NCBI RefSeq assembly: GCF_006345805.1
Contig: NC_042998.1
Coordinates: forward strand, 182,590,001-182,654,000
Direction of reading: 5' to 3'
Length of the DNA stretch: 64,000 bases
DNA from: Octopus sinensis
Lineage: Eukaryota
This document shows positions 24,163 through 38,078 of this stretch, one piece after another. The stretch's first letter is position 1, and every line of letters begins with the position of its first letter. Both the position numbers and the translations under genes were made by a program. The notes below the pieces were generated by a model that searched no databases, had not been told where the DNA came from, and saw only the letters and a list, made by a program, of their open reading frames with translations.

Positions 24163-24495
24163 GAAGGCACATGGCTCAGTGGTTAGAGCATCGAGCTTAC
24201 GATCGTGAGGTTGTGAGCTCGAATCCCGGACCGGGCTGCGTGTTGTGTTCTTGAGCAAGGCACTTTATTTCACGTTGCTTCAGTTCACTCATCGGTAGAA
24301 ATGAGTTGCGACGTCACTGGTGCCAAGCTGTATCAGCCTTTGCCTTTCCCTCGGATAACACTGGTGGCGTGGAGAGGGGAGGCTGGTATGCATGGGCGAC
24401 TGCTGGTCTTCCATAAACAACCTCGCCCGGACTTGTCTAGGAGGGTAACTTTCTAGGTGCAATCCCATGGTCTGTGTCGTGACCGAAGGGGGTCT
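24163..24495 (+). mobile_element. tRNA-derived SINE (distinct family)
   Basis: tggctcagtggttagagc A box, gctcgaatccc B box, cttgagcaaggcactt core. Confidence 0.75.
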
Positions 24496-24679
24496 CCGAA
24501 TCTCTGAATGTATGTATGGATGGATGTGTGTGTGTTTATTGCTAGATTTAAAACGTTTATTTTAAAAAGCATGTATAATTAAAGAAACTTAAAATATAAG
24601 CATTTATTTAATTAGGAAACTCATAACAAAAATGTTAAAGGCAAAGAAAATATCCCAGTGATTACTAATTAAACCTTAC

Positions 24680-24767
24680 TTAAATTAATTGATTCCATAG
24701 GTGCGTCATCATTAAGATCTTCCAAATCCAAGTCCATGTCTTCTGATGAAAAGTGATATGGGTCTTT
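24680..24767 (-). CDS. Internal acidic exon (KDPYHFSSEDMDLDLEDLNDDAPMESINL)
   Basis: ttgtAG / GTaagg, 88 nt, phase 0/1. Confidence 0.75.
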
Positions 24768-25310
24768 CTACAATGTAGAAGAAATATACTTGTATATACA
24801 TAAAATACTCTCTCTCACACACACACACATATATATATGAACAGAAAGAGAGAGAAATAGATCCTTTTGGGTTTTTAGTGGAACCATGCACACACCCACA
24901 CAGACAGATAGACGCACACACACACACACAAACACACACGCATGCGCACACATGCATGTGCACACACATACACACACAAACATAAATGTTTTGTGTTGTC
25001 AAAATATTTTTTATATATTATCTCATTTTGACAGCACAAAATATAGCGCGTGTGTGTATGTGTGTGTGTGTGTATGTGTGTGCACCTATGGGAATACATT
25101 TGTGTGAGCTGTAATAAGGCATGTTTATAGAATGCTACACTACCCTTGACCCGCTGGGTCACAGACAGTTCAACTTATAAAACATTGAAGCTGATTTCAA
25201 CGTTGCATTGAAATGAAAGCTAATTTAATGATGATTCAATTAAATATTTCAATTCATTCAATGTTTTCATAGGTCTGTTTACAAATTCATGTTTAAGGTT
25301 TTATTGATTA

Positions 25311-25708
25311 CTAGCAGTATCGCCCGGCGTTGCTCGGGTTTGTAAGGGAAATAACTATATAAGCATTTTTAGAGAGTTATAGCAAAAAATAGCAAAAAAT
25401 GCATTAAAAATGGAAAAAAAATGATGGTAAATTTTTTTTTAAATCGTTGACTCATCGTAGACATTTTTAGAGAGTTACTTCCCCTATATAATAGCGAAAA
25501 AAATGCATTAAAATGGGAAAAAAATGATGGTAAATTTTTTTTTAAATCGTAGACTCATCGTAGACGCGCGCTAATACCCAGAAGGGCTCGATATGAATCA
25601 CGACTATAAGATACCCGCTTTTGGTTACACTGCACCGCAAAATGTGGGAGTAATTAGGAATCTAAATCGTAGGAGACAGACACACAACTTGACTTTTATA
25701 TATAAAGA
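25311..25708 (-). mobile_element. Non-autonomous Helitron
   Basis: Minus strand A|TC...cccgagcaacgccggg hairpin...CTAG|T, with an internal tandem duplication. Confidence 0.85.
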
Positions 25709-26943
25709 TTTACAGCATCTAATAGAAATAGAACTTCCAGGATAAACTTAAATTCCAGTAATAGTATTTATCTATGGCATATGTGCATACTTCTACAAGA
25801 ATGCAAAAGGAATTCTTATATAACATAAACAGAAAACGAATGGAAACAATTTTCACAGTATTATATATTCCCATTTCAGGGTTCTGTTACTTTCGGGGTA
25901 TTTCCCCATTATGCACCGTTTTGGCTATTTATGAAGGTACCACAAAAAGCTGTGTATCTCAAGAATCCATGGTCTGATTTACATGAAACTTGATTTATTC
26001 TATTTGTATTCACATTTCAGGGGTACCTTACTTTCAGAGTATTTTCCCATTATGAACCAGTTTGGTTGTATTAAATTACAGACAAACATGCATGCAAGCA
26101 GGCAAGCAATCACAGAGTTTTAGTAGTACCCCACAAAAACATGTACCTCACGAATCCATGGTCTGATTAACACGAAACTTGTTTTATTCCATTTGTATTC
26201 ACATTTCAGGGGTACCTTACTTTAAGAGTATTTTCCCATTATATTCTGGTTTCAGTCATTGGACTGCAGGCAAACTGAAGCATTGCTTTCAGGAATTTTA
26301 GCTGTGGGACTGAACGTGGAACCATGTGGTTGGGAAACATGCTTCTTACCACACAGTCATGCATGCATTATGTTTCAGTATTGTTGTAAACACTAGTGGA
26401 ACTGTGAATATTTCACAGAATTAACTTATTTCTGAAAACTTTATCAAAAAAACCTGAAAGCATAGTCTGTGTTGTGTCTGTATCAAAAGATAGTTGCTCA
26501 TCTGCTAATCATGGAAAAGTGAAGAAAATTGGAATATGAAGATTACTTAATGCACTTTATATATACATTTTATATACTTTATGTACAATTTTATAGCCTT
26601 AATACACAACACTCTCCTCTTTCTCTCTCACTCTTTGCCTTAGCATCTTTTTTGCTCTCCTTTTTCTTTCTTTCTTTGCCTTTCCCTTCAACTAATTGCA
26701 TGAAATTGTTACAGATGGGCTAAGTAATAGAGTAAAAAAACTTTTGTTCAAAATAAAAAGAAATTCCAAATGTCACTCACCACAACCTCTCCCTTTCCCT
26801 ATCTCTGTTCCCTCACCATCCCCCCATAAAATAAAATAAATTGTTGTTAAATAAGAATATCCAATGGTAAAATAAATTTTTATCATAGTATATTTCTCTA
26901 TTTATAATTATATATAAGTATTTACATCTATAATATAAAATCT

Positions 26944-27724
26944 TTTTACATACAAAATTTAAAGGACTGAACACGAAAAGTGGACAGTCAACATGCTAGA
27001 TATAGACGTCAAATCGCTATTTTCCACAAAGAGTATGTTCTCAAATAACAGACAAACATGCATGTTGACTGTCCAATTTTCGTGTTCAGTCCTTTAAATT
27101 TTGTATGTAAAAATATTTTAATCTTCGGATTCTTTTTAATATGCTGGGCCACTGGTTTTAATTAACTAATATCAATTTCTACCCTTATTAAATTTTATAT
27201 TAAATAAATATGTTCTCTAACCGGTAAATTGACTGCTGCTACTTATTAGCTGCAGGATGGTTTTTCCGGTCTCAGCACGCCAAAGTGAAGTCATTTGAAA
27301 AATACATTCAAATATAATCGGTTGAACTCCATGTATGCGAGACTCCGGTCAATCGTTTTTGCATCTAGTCCAGTAAATTGTATTTTATATAACAGACCAT
27401 GCTGACGAGATTACAGTTTATCCTTGCAGATAATAATAATCGAAACTGATTCAGTACATGGGTAATTATTTTTATTTCGTATATTTTCATTTGTCTTGCT
27501 TATTTTTAATGCTTTGGTTTTGTGCTGAGTTTTTATTTGAGAACATACTCTTTGTGGAAAATAGCGATTTGACGTCTATATCTAGCATGTTGACTGTCCA
27601 CTTTTCGTGTTCAGTCCTTTAAATTTTGTATGTAAAAATATTTTAATCTTCGGATTCTTTTTAATATGCTGGGCCACTGGTTTTAATTGACTAATATCAA
27701 TTTCTACCCTTATTAAATTTTATA
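26944..27724 (+). mobile_element. Penelope-like remnant: inverted plus tandem pLTR arrangement
   Basis: 26944-27048 is the reverse complement of 27533-27637; 27061-27199 repeats at 27586-27724; contains a hammerhead. Confidence 0.72.
27397..27461 (+). ncRNA. Type I hammerhead ribozyme with GUA cleavage triplet
   Basis: ccatg CTGACGA gatta..taatc GAAA ctg att cag TA catgg. Confidence 0.8.
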
Positions 27725-28569
27725 TAATATAAAATCCGTTCTGTCTGTCTGTGTATTTTTTAGGATCTTGGGCATCCTCCATCTGATTGCGCTCAAATTT
27801 GATACAGGGCGTATATAAGTCTTGAAAAAATTACAAAAATCTATTCCAGGTGAGAATGCGATCTATAAAGCTGTGGGAATGTGCATTTATACATGCAAGT
27901 ACATCAGCTGTTGTGATTGATACTATGCGTATGCGAGAAAAATGCACGTGCAGTTTGCGCAAAAAAAGCTGACTGGCTTGAAATAATACCACAAAATGGG
28001 ATGGTTGGACAAGTTGTTTTGAGAAAATTTGGTTTAAATGTTTGACAACTCAGCACCATCCATTGGACGGGGGTGGGGTGGCGTTTTGCTTGTATATATA
28101 AACACACACACATACGCAAACATACATATATAATATATATGTGTGTGCAAGCACATGTGTGTGTGTGTGTCTGCCTTTGTGATGGTTTGGTGACACCCCG
28201 ATAACTTAGCAATTTGGCAAAACAGACCAATAGAATAAGTACTAGGCTCTAAAATAAATATCGGGGTCAATTTGTTCGATTAAACATTTCAAGGGTGGTG
28301 TCCCAGCATGGCTGTGATATAAGTGCTTGTGCGTGCATGTGTGTGTGTTTGTATGTGCGTGTGTGTGTCTGTGTGTGTGCGTGTGTGTGTATGTTTCTTG
28401 CTCTTCTAAGTTTTCTTTCACTTATCTCTCTAAAGCATCACTACTTCTCAAATGTACCGCCTCTCTATTTCCCACCTTCTCATTTTAAAACCTCTCTCTC
28501 TCATCTAGTATCCAACTCATTTCTCTCTCGTTCTCTCTCTCATCTAGTATCCAACTCATTTCTCTCTCG

Positions 28570-28602
<33 letters not shown>

Positions 28603-28715
28603 ACTTTCCCAATCTATTAATCCCTCTCCTCTATTGTATTTCTGTCTGTATCTCTCCTTTGGTTTGTTGCCCTCCCCACCACCCAAAGAACTATGATAAT
28701 ATTAGCTGTTCAAAA

Positions 28716-28946
28716 GGCGGCGAGCTGGCAGAAACGTTAGCATGCCGGGCGAAATGCTCAGCGGTATTTCGTCTGCCGTTACGTTCTGAGTTCAAATTCC
28801 GCCGAGGTCGACTTTACCTTTCATCCTTTCGGGGTCGATTAAATAAGTACCATTTACGCACTGGGGTCAATGTAATCGACTTAATCCATTTGTTTGTCCT
28901 TGTTTGTCCCCTCTGTGTTTAGCCCCTTGTGGGTACTAAAGAAATA
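28716..28946 (+). mobile_element. SINE family B
   Basis: Full-length copy. Confidence 0.85.
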
Positions 28947-29074
28947 GATAATATTAGCTGTACAACAAAAGACATAGTCTGCATCCCATAACTCACACAG
29001 AAGAAGAAACAGCAAAATAAATGAATGAAAACAAAAGGAATTTTTTTTCTTATCCTTGTCATTATATGTTTTAC

Positions 29075-29221
29075 CTGTGACTCAATGACTATTGGCATGC
29101 TACATCCATCCAACATGCTTTCATATTCACTCATGCACTGTTCTAGATGTTTAACCCTTTTCAACAAGAGCAGCTTCTCCTTCTTATCAACTTCTCTATT
29201 TCTTTGTTTGCTTCTTTCTTT
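29075..29221 (-). CDS. Internal exon (KERSKQRNREVDKKEK...MPIVIESQ)
   Basis: tttacAG / GTaaaa, 147 nt, phase 0/0; within ORF 28919..29275. Confidence 0.82.
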
Positions 29222-30562
29222 CTGTAAATAAGAATACATAAACAATAAAGTGCATTTGCCAATAATAGGGAACACTCATTTTTGTTTTCAGTGCAACATG
29301 TATGAATGAATGTATGTATATATGTATTTCTGTATGTATGTATGTAGGCATGTTTGTATGCATGCATTGATAAAGATTTATGCAAAATACAGCATACATT
29401 AGGGAACCTAAGATAAATTTAAAATGGCAAACTACAGTTTTTAAGCCTTTTCCTGAGAAACTTCAGACAGATGTGAGTACATCTTTTTATTGTCATAACA
29501 GAAAAATAAAGGAGATGGTCCTGACATGTTCCATGTTTCATTAGCTATTTTCCTTCCCCACCTTTGTAACAAAGCATGGATACGTGGTAGCTAGTGCTGA
29601 GGTAACCAGTGCAACATGTGGTAGGGTGGCTATTAATGGAGATCCAATAAAGGAGATGGTTCTGACATGTTTAATTAGCTATTTTGCTTCCCCACCTTTG
29701 TAACAAAGCATGGATATGTGATAGCTAGTGCTGAGGTAACCATGTGGTAGGGTGGCTATTAATGGAGATCCAATGGCACTAGAATACTATAGCACTGCTG
29801 TGACCTCTTGAGAGTGCAAAAGTAAAGGCCATTAAATTGGTGGTGCAAGGCAGATTTAGCTGCTACATGTGTGTTAATAAAGACCATTTGAGGGATTTTT
29901 TTTTCCTTGTAAAAATTAGGTGAAGAAAAGGAGAACAGTAGAGCCAAGAACAATAACAAATTCTGAAAGCTTCTGTTTCAATATTACCACCAGTTGCAGG
30001 TCAGTGGATGGCAAGAAAGTTTTTTCTTGGTCCTTAGTTCCTAAATCCAAATATCAAAAAGCAAACAGCTGCATACTCAAAGAACTCCATCCAGTAATCC
30101 TACCTAATTGTTTTATGCTATAGAGGAGAAAATGAATGAAGAACAGGGATGACATATTAACTGGGACAGTGGAAAAAACAACGGAAGAAGGAATCAACAA
30201 AAAATAGAAAAGATACATAAAGGGATGGCAAATAAACCATCCAAGGCAAAGCTCATCCTACTTCCATGATTTTTACAGTTGTTCATGAAGCAAATAGCAG
30301 ACTGGATCATTTGAATGAATTATATTTCAGTGGTGAAGAGATGAGTTCTGATTATATGGAACATACAGCTATTTATGAATATTACTTTTGGTTGCTACAT
30401 GAAACTGTATTTAAATCAGAACAAAGAAGTGAGCTCTATCTTTTCTGCTCGCATGAATTGTCCATGGGCAGAGGTCTTGCTGAAAAGGATCAGAGTTGTG
30501 GAAATTTTCATCTGACTCAGTATGTGTTTTTTATAATTATATCTGCATATGTATGTATTTGC

Positions 30563-30596
<34 letters not shown>

Positions 30597-30743
30597 ATGT
30601 GTCTGTGTTGTGAGTATTTGAGTGTGTCTGATTACCTTTATTTATTTAATTATCTTGTGTAATTTTTTTAAAACAAAAAAAAAGAAATTTTGAAACATAT
30701 CTCTGACTGACATAATATTTGGTCTTAAAGCTAAGTTCTTTAC

Positions 30744-30818
30744 CTCAAAATCTGCTTTCAACATTATTAGAGCATCTTGCATTTGTTGTCGACAGGATAA
30801 TCGAATATTATTTAATTT
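30744..30818 (-). CDS. Internal exon (KLNNIRLSCRQQMQDALIMLKADFE)
   Basis: tgtctAG / GTaaag, 75 nt, phase 0/0, coiled-coil-like. Confidence 0.82.
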
Positions 30819-31356
30819 CTAGACAGATGAATGGAGAAAAGAAGTGATGAGAAACATACAGTGAAAGTAAAAACAGTAAAGAATATTATCATCATTATTC
30901 TTATCTTTATCATCAGAACCCATACACAGAATCAATCATAATTGCCAAGTGTCCCACTTTAACTAATATAAAGACCACTGTCTTCATTAGTCCACAAGTC
31001 ATTTCCAGACAGTTTATTAATGTAATGAGTTACAACGTATGGGTAATTAGGGAGATGTTTATACGTACCTAATTTTAGAAAATTGTGAGGAAGATTTTGA
31101 TATCTTATTGTGGAAATATAAAATGTAAGAGAAACTGGACAAAAAGTTGGTATGTATGTGAAATTAGGAAAATCATAGGTGTATAAATGAAACTGGTAAA
31201 GATGTTGATATGTATTTGAAATTGGAAAGATCATTTGGTGTAGAAGTGAAATAGGAAAAGATGTGGGTATGTGTGAGAAATTAGAAAGACCATAAGAGCA
31301 TGAAATTTGAAAAATTTTAGTACTCAAAATTAGAAAGATGTTGGTATGTATGAAAA

Positions 31357-31601
31357 GCGGCGAGCTGGCAGAATCGTTAGCATGCCGAGCGAATTGCTTT
31401 GCAGTATTTCGTCCGCCGCTGTGTTCTGAGTTCAAATTCCACCGAGGTCGACTTTGCCTTTCATCCTTTCGGGGTCGATAAATTAAGTACCAGTTATGCA
31501 CTGGGGTCGATGTAATCGATTTAATCCATTTGTCTGTCCTTGTTTGTCCCCCCTGTGTGTAGTAAAGAAATAGGTATGTACCTTGTGGGTAGTAAAGAAA
31601 T
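31357..31601 (+). mobile_element. SINE family B
   Basis: Full-length copy with duplicated tail. Confidence 0.85.
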
Positions 31602-31921
31602 AGGTATGTATCAAAAGCTAACATTGCAATTATATTTTTTTTCTTTACTGACAAAGGTTTGTTCAGGTTGGCAGAAAAGCTTGTTTACTCATTTTGGTCC
31701 TGCATTATCTCGTATTTTTGGCCTGTCACCTTCAATTTTGTTTTCTTCACCACATTTCTCAATACTTCCATAGATTTTAGTCTCCCTCTGATTACATTCC
31801 ATGATTATGATTAATCTTTCACTTACTTCTCTCCACCTACATACACACGCATGCATGAACGCACGCACACACACACACACACACAAAAGTACACACCAAA
31901 TTCATAAATTTGTTACTGTAC

Positions 31922-31973
31922 TTGCTGATATTTTTCTTCAGTTTCTTCAACAAATTCTTGATATTTTTTATAC
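31922..31973 (-). CDS. Internal exon (xYKKYQEFVEETEEKYQQ)
   Basis: ttttgccacAG / GTacag, 52 nt, phase 2/0. Confidence 0.78.
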
Positions 31974-32256
31974 CTGTGGCAAAAGTAAAAAAAATTTTAA
32001 GAAAAAATCAAATCAATCAGCTATTTATTGATTAACAACTGATAAGAATAACAAAGTTTCACTGTATAAACATAGACTTTTAATCTGTTTCTTATAGCAG
32101 CCAAACTATATCGCCTAATGAAAGCAGCACATGTAAATATTAGTAACTTCTGTGAAGAATCAATTAATGGAAGCCAAGATCACAATATCTTCAGGCATAG
32201 TTTTATCAATGTAAATTAATATATATATGGAATTTATAGCTGTGATACATATAATT

Positions 32257-33538
32257 TGTGATTTTGGCACCACTGGCTTTCCATACTTTGTGATTTTGGC
32301 ACTGCTGGCTTTCCATACTTTGTGATTTTGGTACCGCTGGCTCTCCATACTATGTGATTTTGGGTAAAATTTTCAAAAATCACAGTATTTTAAGGGAAAA
32401 AATTTAGGGAAAATTTTAGGGGAAAATTTTCGGGAAAAATTTCGAAAAATTTTTGGGGAAAGTTTTCGGGGAAAATTTTCGAAAGATTTTGGGGGATACT
32501 TTTCGAAAAATTTTTGGATAAAATTTTCGAAAAATTCTTAGATAAAATTTTCAAAAAATTTTTGGGTTAAATTTTCGAAAAATTTTTGTGAAAAATTTTC
32601 AGTGAAAATTTTGTAAAAATTTTTGGAAAAAATTTCGAAAAATTTTTATAGTGCATGATCATCCTGGGAATCTAAGTAATGCATGTGTAAAATTTGGTGA
32701 AAATCGGTTGATAATTATGGAAAAGTATGTCACACATACTGCAACTTAGGTGATTTTGTGATTTTGGCACCGCTGGAATTCCATACTTTGTGATTTTGGC
32801 ACGGCTGGCCTTCCATAGTTTTTCGAAAATTTTATCCAAGAATTTTTCGAAAATTTTCCCCAAAAATTTTTCGAAAATTTTCACCCAAAAATTTTTCAAA
32901 AATTTTCACCGAAAATTGTCCCCAAAAATTTTTACCAAAATTTTGACCGAAAATTGTACCCAAAAAGTTTTCGAAAATTTTCACGAAAAATTTTTCGAAA
33001 CTTTTCAAAGAAAATTGTCCCCAAAAATTTTTCCAAAATTTTCACCGAAAATTTTAGACAAAAATTTTTCGAAAATTTTACCCAAAAATTTTCTCCAAAA
33101 ATTGTTGGAAAGTTTTCACAGAAAATTTTCCCCAAAAATTTTTCGAAAATTTTCACGAAAAATTTTTCGAAACTTTTCACCGAAAATTGTCCCGAAAAAT
33201 TTTTCCAAAATTTTCACCGAAAATTTTACATTTTCGAAAAATGTTTGGTCAAAATTTTTTAGTAAAATTTTCGAAAAATTTTTGGGTAAGATTTTCAGTG
33301 AAAATTTTCGAAAAATTTCTGGAAAATTTTCGGTGAAAATTTTCGAAAAAGTTTTGAGAAAATTTTCCAAAAATTTTTGGGTAACATTTTCTGTGAAAAT
33401 TTTCGAAAAATTTTTGGATAAAATTTTGGAAAACTTTTTGGGGAAAATTTTCGAAACATTTTTGGGGAAAATTTCCGGTGAAAATTTTCGAAACATTTTT
33501 GGGGAAAATTTTCGAAAAATTTTTGGGGAAAAAATTCT
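32257..33538. repeat. Composite satellite: 32-bp minisatellite plus GAAAATTTTCGAAAAATTTTTGGG-type repeat in alternating orientations
   Basis: Blocks ~32365-32650 and ~33240-33538 in one orientation, ~32818-33230 in the other. Confidence 0.9.
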
Positions 33539-33691
33539 AGGACATCCAGCCATAGAAACCATGTCAAAACAGACAATTGGAGCCTGACTCTCTGGCTTGC
33601 CATCTCCCATCAAACCATCCAGTTCATGCCAGCATGGAAAACAGATATTAAATGATGATGATGAATATATACATACATACATATATACATA

Positions 33692-34930
33692 CTAGCAAAT
33701 GCACCCATTCATTGGACAGTTTAAGTTGCTTTTGTGGGTTTCTTTCACCAAATAACTGAACTACCAAGAAGATTTATGAGTAGCAAGGCAATCTATGTTT
33801 CTGATTAACCTAGGAACAGAAAACCAAATTGAAGGCTAGTTATTGTGGAGATCGTTGCATTTTAATGATCATAGAATATATAAATTTGCAAGTGATGCAA
33901 AGTAGAGCTACTGAAGTGTTTTGGGAATAGATTATGGATAATGACTACAAAATATAGTTGTTTTATATGAAAGCGAAATTTCTTGTCAGAAACAGCCTCA
34001 TAAATAGTGAAGAGAAATTGATGGAAGATGTTGAAACTTCCCCTCATACTGACGAAGTTTACTCTATTCAACAGCAAAGGGAGCTATTTTTTCGGAGAGA
34101 AGTATGATTGGTACATTCAAAGTTGGCAGTATAATACCTACTTGAAAAGATAGAGTTAAAGGAATGTATTTGCTACATGCTTACAGTGTTCGAATACTCT
34201 GAAATTGACTTCAGGTAATGATAAATGAAGACATGAAGAGTTTGATTTCAGTTCACGAATACTGCAGTTCACAGTGAAAAGATGTTGTGTTCAAAATATC
34301 ATAATGGATGGGTAAATAAGCATCCTTAAAGTGAAACAATGCATTGGTAGGTAAACAAAAGTATCAAAAAAAGAAGAAAGAGAAGGGAGTATCACCTTCC
34401 AAGTAACTTAGGACAGATAAACGTAAGCTTGCCAAAGTTTAATGCAGTTCAAATATGGAGATTAAGATTGTTTGGTATCGAATATTCATCGTGTAGTGTG
34501 TTCCTAGTCAATTGAATCACTGTCACAGGTGGACAGTCGAAATAAATAAATAGACAAAATCCTTTCACTTTTATAATATTCTCTAACCAAGTAATAATAC
34601 ACAGTTTCAACATATAAATAAATAAATCAAAAAAATATGAAAACCACTAAATAAATATTGTCTAATGCCAATATATGACCATATAGATTAAAAAAGTATG
34701 GAAGACCCTACATAGAAAAAAAATATGCACATAAAACGAATTAGAGAAAACCCCAAGTAAACCACCGTTTTTCCCACTTTGTCTATTTACACAGAAGCTC
34801 TGGGCAAACTGTTATAGTGCATGATCATCCTGGGAACCTAAGTAATGCATGTGTAAAATTTGGTGAAAATTGGTTGATAATTATGGAAATGTATGTATTA
34901 GTCAATATACACACACATACTGCAACTTAT
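33692..34930 (-). mobile_element. Possible old Helitron-like element
   Basis: CTAG end with weak hairpin at 33692; 34812-34888 also present at 32647-32723. Confidence 0.35.
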
Positions 34931-35613
34931 GTATACTGGATATACATACATATATGGTGGCTGCCCCCTCATTATCGAGTATGGCCATTGCACGAGGCTT
35001 AATCAATGTTGTTATCATGCAATGCCTGTGCAAGATTTTTTTTAAAGTGAAGAAAGGCTGTGCTCTGACTCAATCCCACTCACTAAGCAACAGCAGCCAT
35101 AATCCGAAAAGAAGAACAAGTCAACATCATCAGTAACCTCTGAGCCGCAGGTTTTATGTCGGAGTTATCCCAATTACCTGAGTTACCTTCTCCTAGAAGG
35201 ATGCCCTAACAAAGGCTAGGAGTCCTTCACTCCCAATGGTTTAACCGTGCGATCGGGTATTCAGTCTGATTATTTCTATGTCCCCGCACATGATGCAGCC
35301 TTAAGACATTTATTGGATGGCCGTTGACTCTCAAGAGTTCCTCTGCCCTTTGACGGGATTTGCTTTTCATCCCGCAGGGTGTCCAATAAACACCCTCCTC
35401 ACCAAGCAAGCTTGGTGGGGTTGCCGGTTTAGTCGCCGACGACCCGACCATGCAACAGGTTGTACTGGGTTACATGTTACCAGTAGCACTTGAAAGTCAC
35501 CTGACATACTGGATATACATACATATATACACACATTCTTACATACATGCATACATGTATACATGTGTGTGAAAAAACTTAATCATAGCAAAATCCTTGT
35601 TGCTTATACTTAC

Positions 35614-35705
35614 AATATTTGCACCTGTGTATTAATAACTTCCAAGATATATGCTTCAGTGCCGCGCTTCTCAATCACTATATCTTCCCTCAAGTCTTCC
35701 ACCAT
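35614..35705 (-). CDS. Internal exon (MVEDLREDIVIEKRGTEAYILEVINTQVQI)
   Basis: tttcttAG / GTaagt, 92 nt, phase 0/2, matches the next exon. Confidence 0.8.
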
Positions 35706-37167
35706 CTAAGAAATCACAAGTTAGAGAAAAAGAAAGACAAGTTGGGAGAAGTGTTAAAAATCTGAGTGAAGAACGATGGAAAAGACTAGAAAGCTTGATT
35801 TTTTTTAACATCTCTATTATGTCTTGCATACTATAGCTGGCCATAGCCAAGAAAGGTAAAACAACCAATGAAAAATTCCAGACATTAAATTATGATGATA
35901 ATGATAATGATGATGATGATGATGATGATGTTAATGTCCACTTTTCCATGCATGCATGGGTCAGATAGAGCTTATTGAAGCAGATTTTCTATGGCTATAT
36001 GTCTTTCCTGTCACTTGTTTCCAAGTAAGGTAATAATGTCCCAGTGGCCAAGCAAGCTTTCACAGAATTTTGGAAATGAAGGACAGTGAAACTCATTTAT
36101 AGCTATTATGTGATGTCAAGACAAAGAGAGGCAAACATACATGCACACACACACATAAATATATGTATATATATATATATATGTATATATATATGTATGT
36201 GTGTGTGACCGCATGTGTATCGTTGGCGACTTTTTTTCTTCTTCCATCTTCCCTTCCTTGGATCTTTCCTTTTCCTATGTTTCTGACGAAGAGCTCCGCT
36301 CAAAACCTTAAATCCTATTTCTTTCTTTCCTTTCCTGAGTGTCCAATAGCACTATACTTGTTCCAAGTCCTCGCGTTGTTGTGTTTTCTCTCTGTGTTTT
36401 CATGTTTAGATTAACTATATATATGTGTGTGTGTATATATATAAACACATGCATATATATGAAAAGGCTTCTTTCAGTTTCTACCTACCAAATCAACTCG
36501 CAAGATTTCGGTCTGTCCTGAAATGTAGTAGAAGACACTTGCCTAAGGTGGTACAAATTGGGAGTGAACTACCATCCTCTGATAAAACACAGTGAGTCAG
36601 GCTACTGTGTTTTGTTAGAGAGTGTGTGTTTGAATTCCTTGGAACATGCCTCATACATGATTGCAAAAAATGTTCAACTTTTCATTTTACAACAATCTAT
36701 GATACGCAATAAGGTGTAAAAATTGGGATAATTTTTTTTCAATTTTTCGCAAGTATCTCAGTTTCTTGTTTTTTGACATGCTGGGTTTTGTCAGAGGGCA
36801 GTGAAGTTTAAACCACATGACTTGGAAGTAAGCTTTTTACCCTCATACCCACACCTCCATGTTCTAAGAGAAAAAAGTTTTTCTACTTTTTCAGTTGAAA
36901 AATTTATTTTCCTTGAGATAAGGATTAAATATCAGATACCTCATCTACCCCTTTGTACACTATCCAAACATCTATGCTTAGCTTTCAGTATACAAACTTA
37001 TTTTACTTTACAAATTTTATGCGGTGTTCTGCCTCTCATACGAATTAACATTACAATTCAACAGTTCATATTTAGTTAATTTTTCTCCAGCCTCTGTAGC
37101 TCTCCAGCCAAGTGACCATGTTTCATTATTCATACTATATCATACTCTTTGTACATTTAAGATTATA

Positions 37168-37210
<43 letters not shown>

Positions 37211-37887
37211 TATACTACTTACACAAGATTTATACAGTCTGCTTTTGAATACAAAAAACCTGTTAACAAACAGAAATTCTCCTAACTTTTTTTGAACGTC
37301 TCCCAACTCTTTCTTAACCAAGCTTCAATGCTAATTTGATCACCAAGGTAACAGAAACTATTTGCTATCTCTAACGAGCCATTTTATTAGTCTATGAACT
37401 TCATTTCAAGGGCAATTCTACTGCTAAATAACTCTGCATATTTGATGCATCTAAAGTTTTAGCTTCCTGTCAGTCTGCCAGAGATTCCACAACAAATTTT
37501 ATGTATTCCTTAGAGCAGACTGTATATAAAATGCCCCCAACTCACCCTCACTCATACATTCAAATGGCGTTTAATTTTATATACTTTTTGCTTTAAAATT
37601 CTATAATTTATCATAGTTTTTGGAAAAAAGATAAAGGACCCAGGCAGAGATAGTGTATTCCATGAGTTATATAGCAGTTGTTTTAGACTATATACTGCAC
37701 AAAATTGCAATTTATGTCCCCAATACAATTCTACTCATGTCTTATAGTTCCTTAATTAGCATACCTGTGATAGCTGTAAGATGCTTCAGTGCCAGAGAAC
37801 AACTTCCAACAGTGAATTGTGTAAGTATAGTGTGTACCATCAAACAGTACTCATTACTGTTTTATGGTACACACTCAGGTAGCACAG

Positions 37888-38023
37888 TATTAGGTTGGTG
37901 CATAATTATTGTGGGGTTTTTTTTTCAATAAATTTTATTCGACAAAAACAATGGGCACATGGCGTAGTGGTTAAGAGTGCGGGCTACTAACCACAAGATT
38001 CCGAGTTCGATTCCAGGTAGTGA

Positions 38024-38078
<55 letters not shown>

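Noticed and set aside
29507-29770. Short local duplications (also 25870-26240 and 28494-28577)
   Set aside because: Simple two-copy duplications with no splice sites, ribozyme cores or termini.
31689-31800. Charged minus-strand ORF segment (MECNQRETK...NAGPK) as an extra exon
   Set aside because: Ends in a stop, has no good acceptor, and the flanking exons already join in phase.
32790-33682. Long overlapping ORFs rich in F/K/S/E/N (up to 265 aa)
   Set aside because: They arise from the GAAAATTTTC satellite, which lacks stops in several frames on both strands; no splice or domain evidence.
36283-36310. Hammerhead-like CTGACGA-gagc/gctc-AAAAC
   Set aside because: Core GAAA is mutated to AAAA and there is no convincing stem I or cleavage triplet; treated as a dead remnant.
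37953-38030. tRNA-like sequences here and at 24163 and other SINE heads
   Set aside because: A/B boxes are present but there is no proper acceptor stem or cloverleaf; they continue into SINE bodies.
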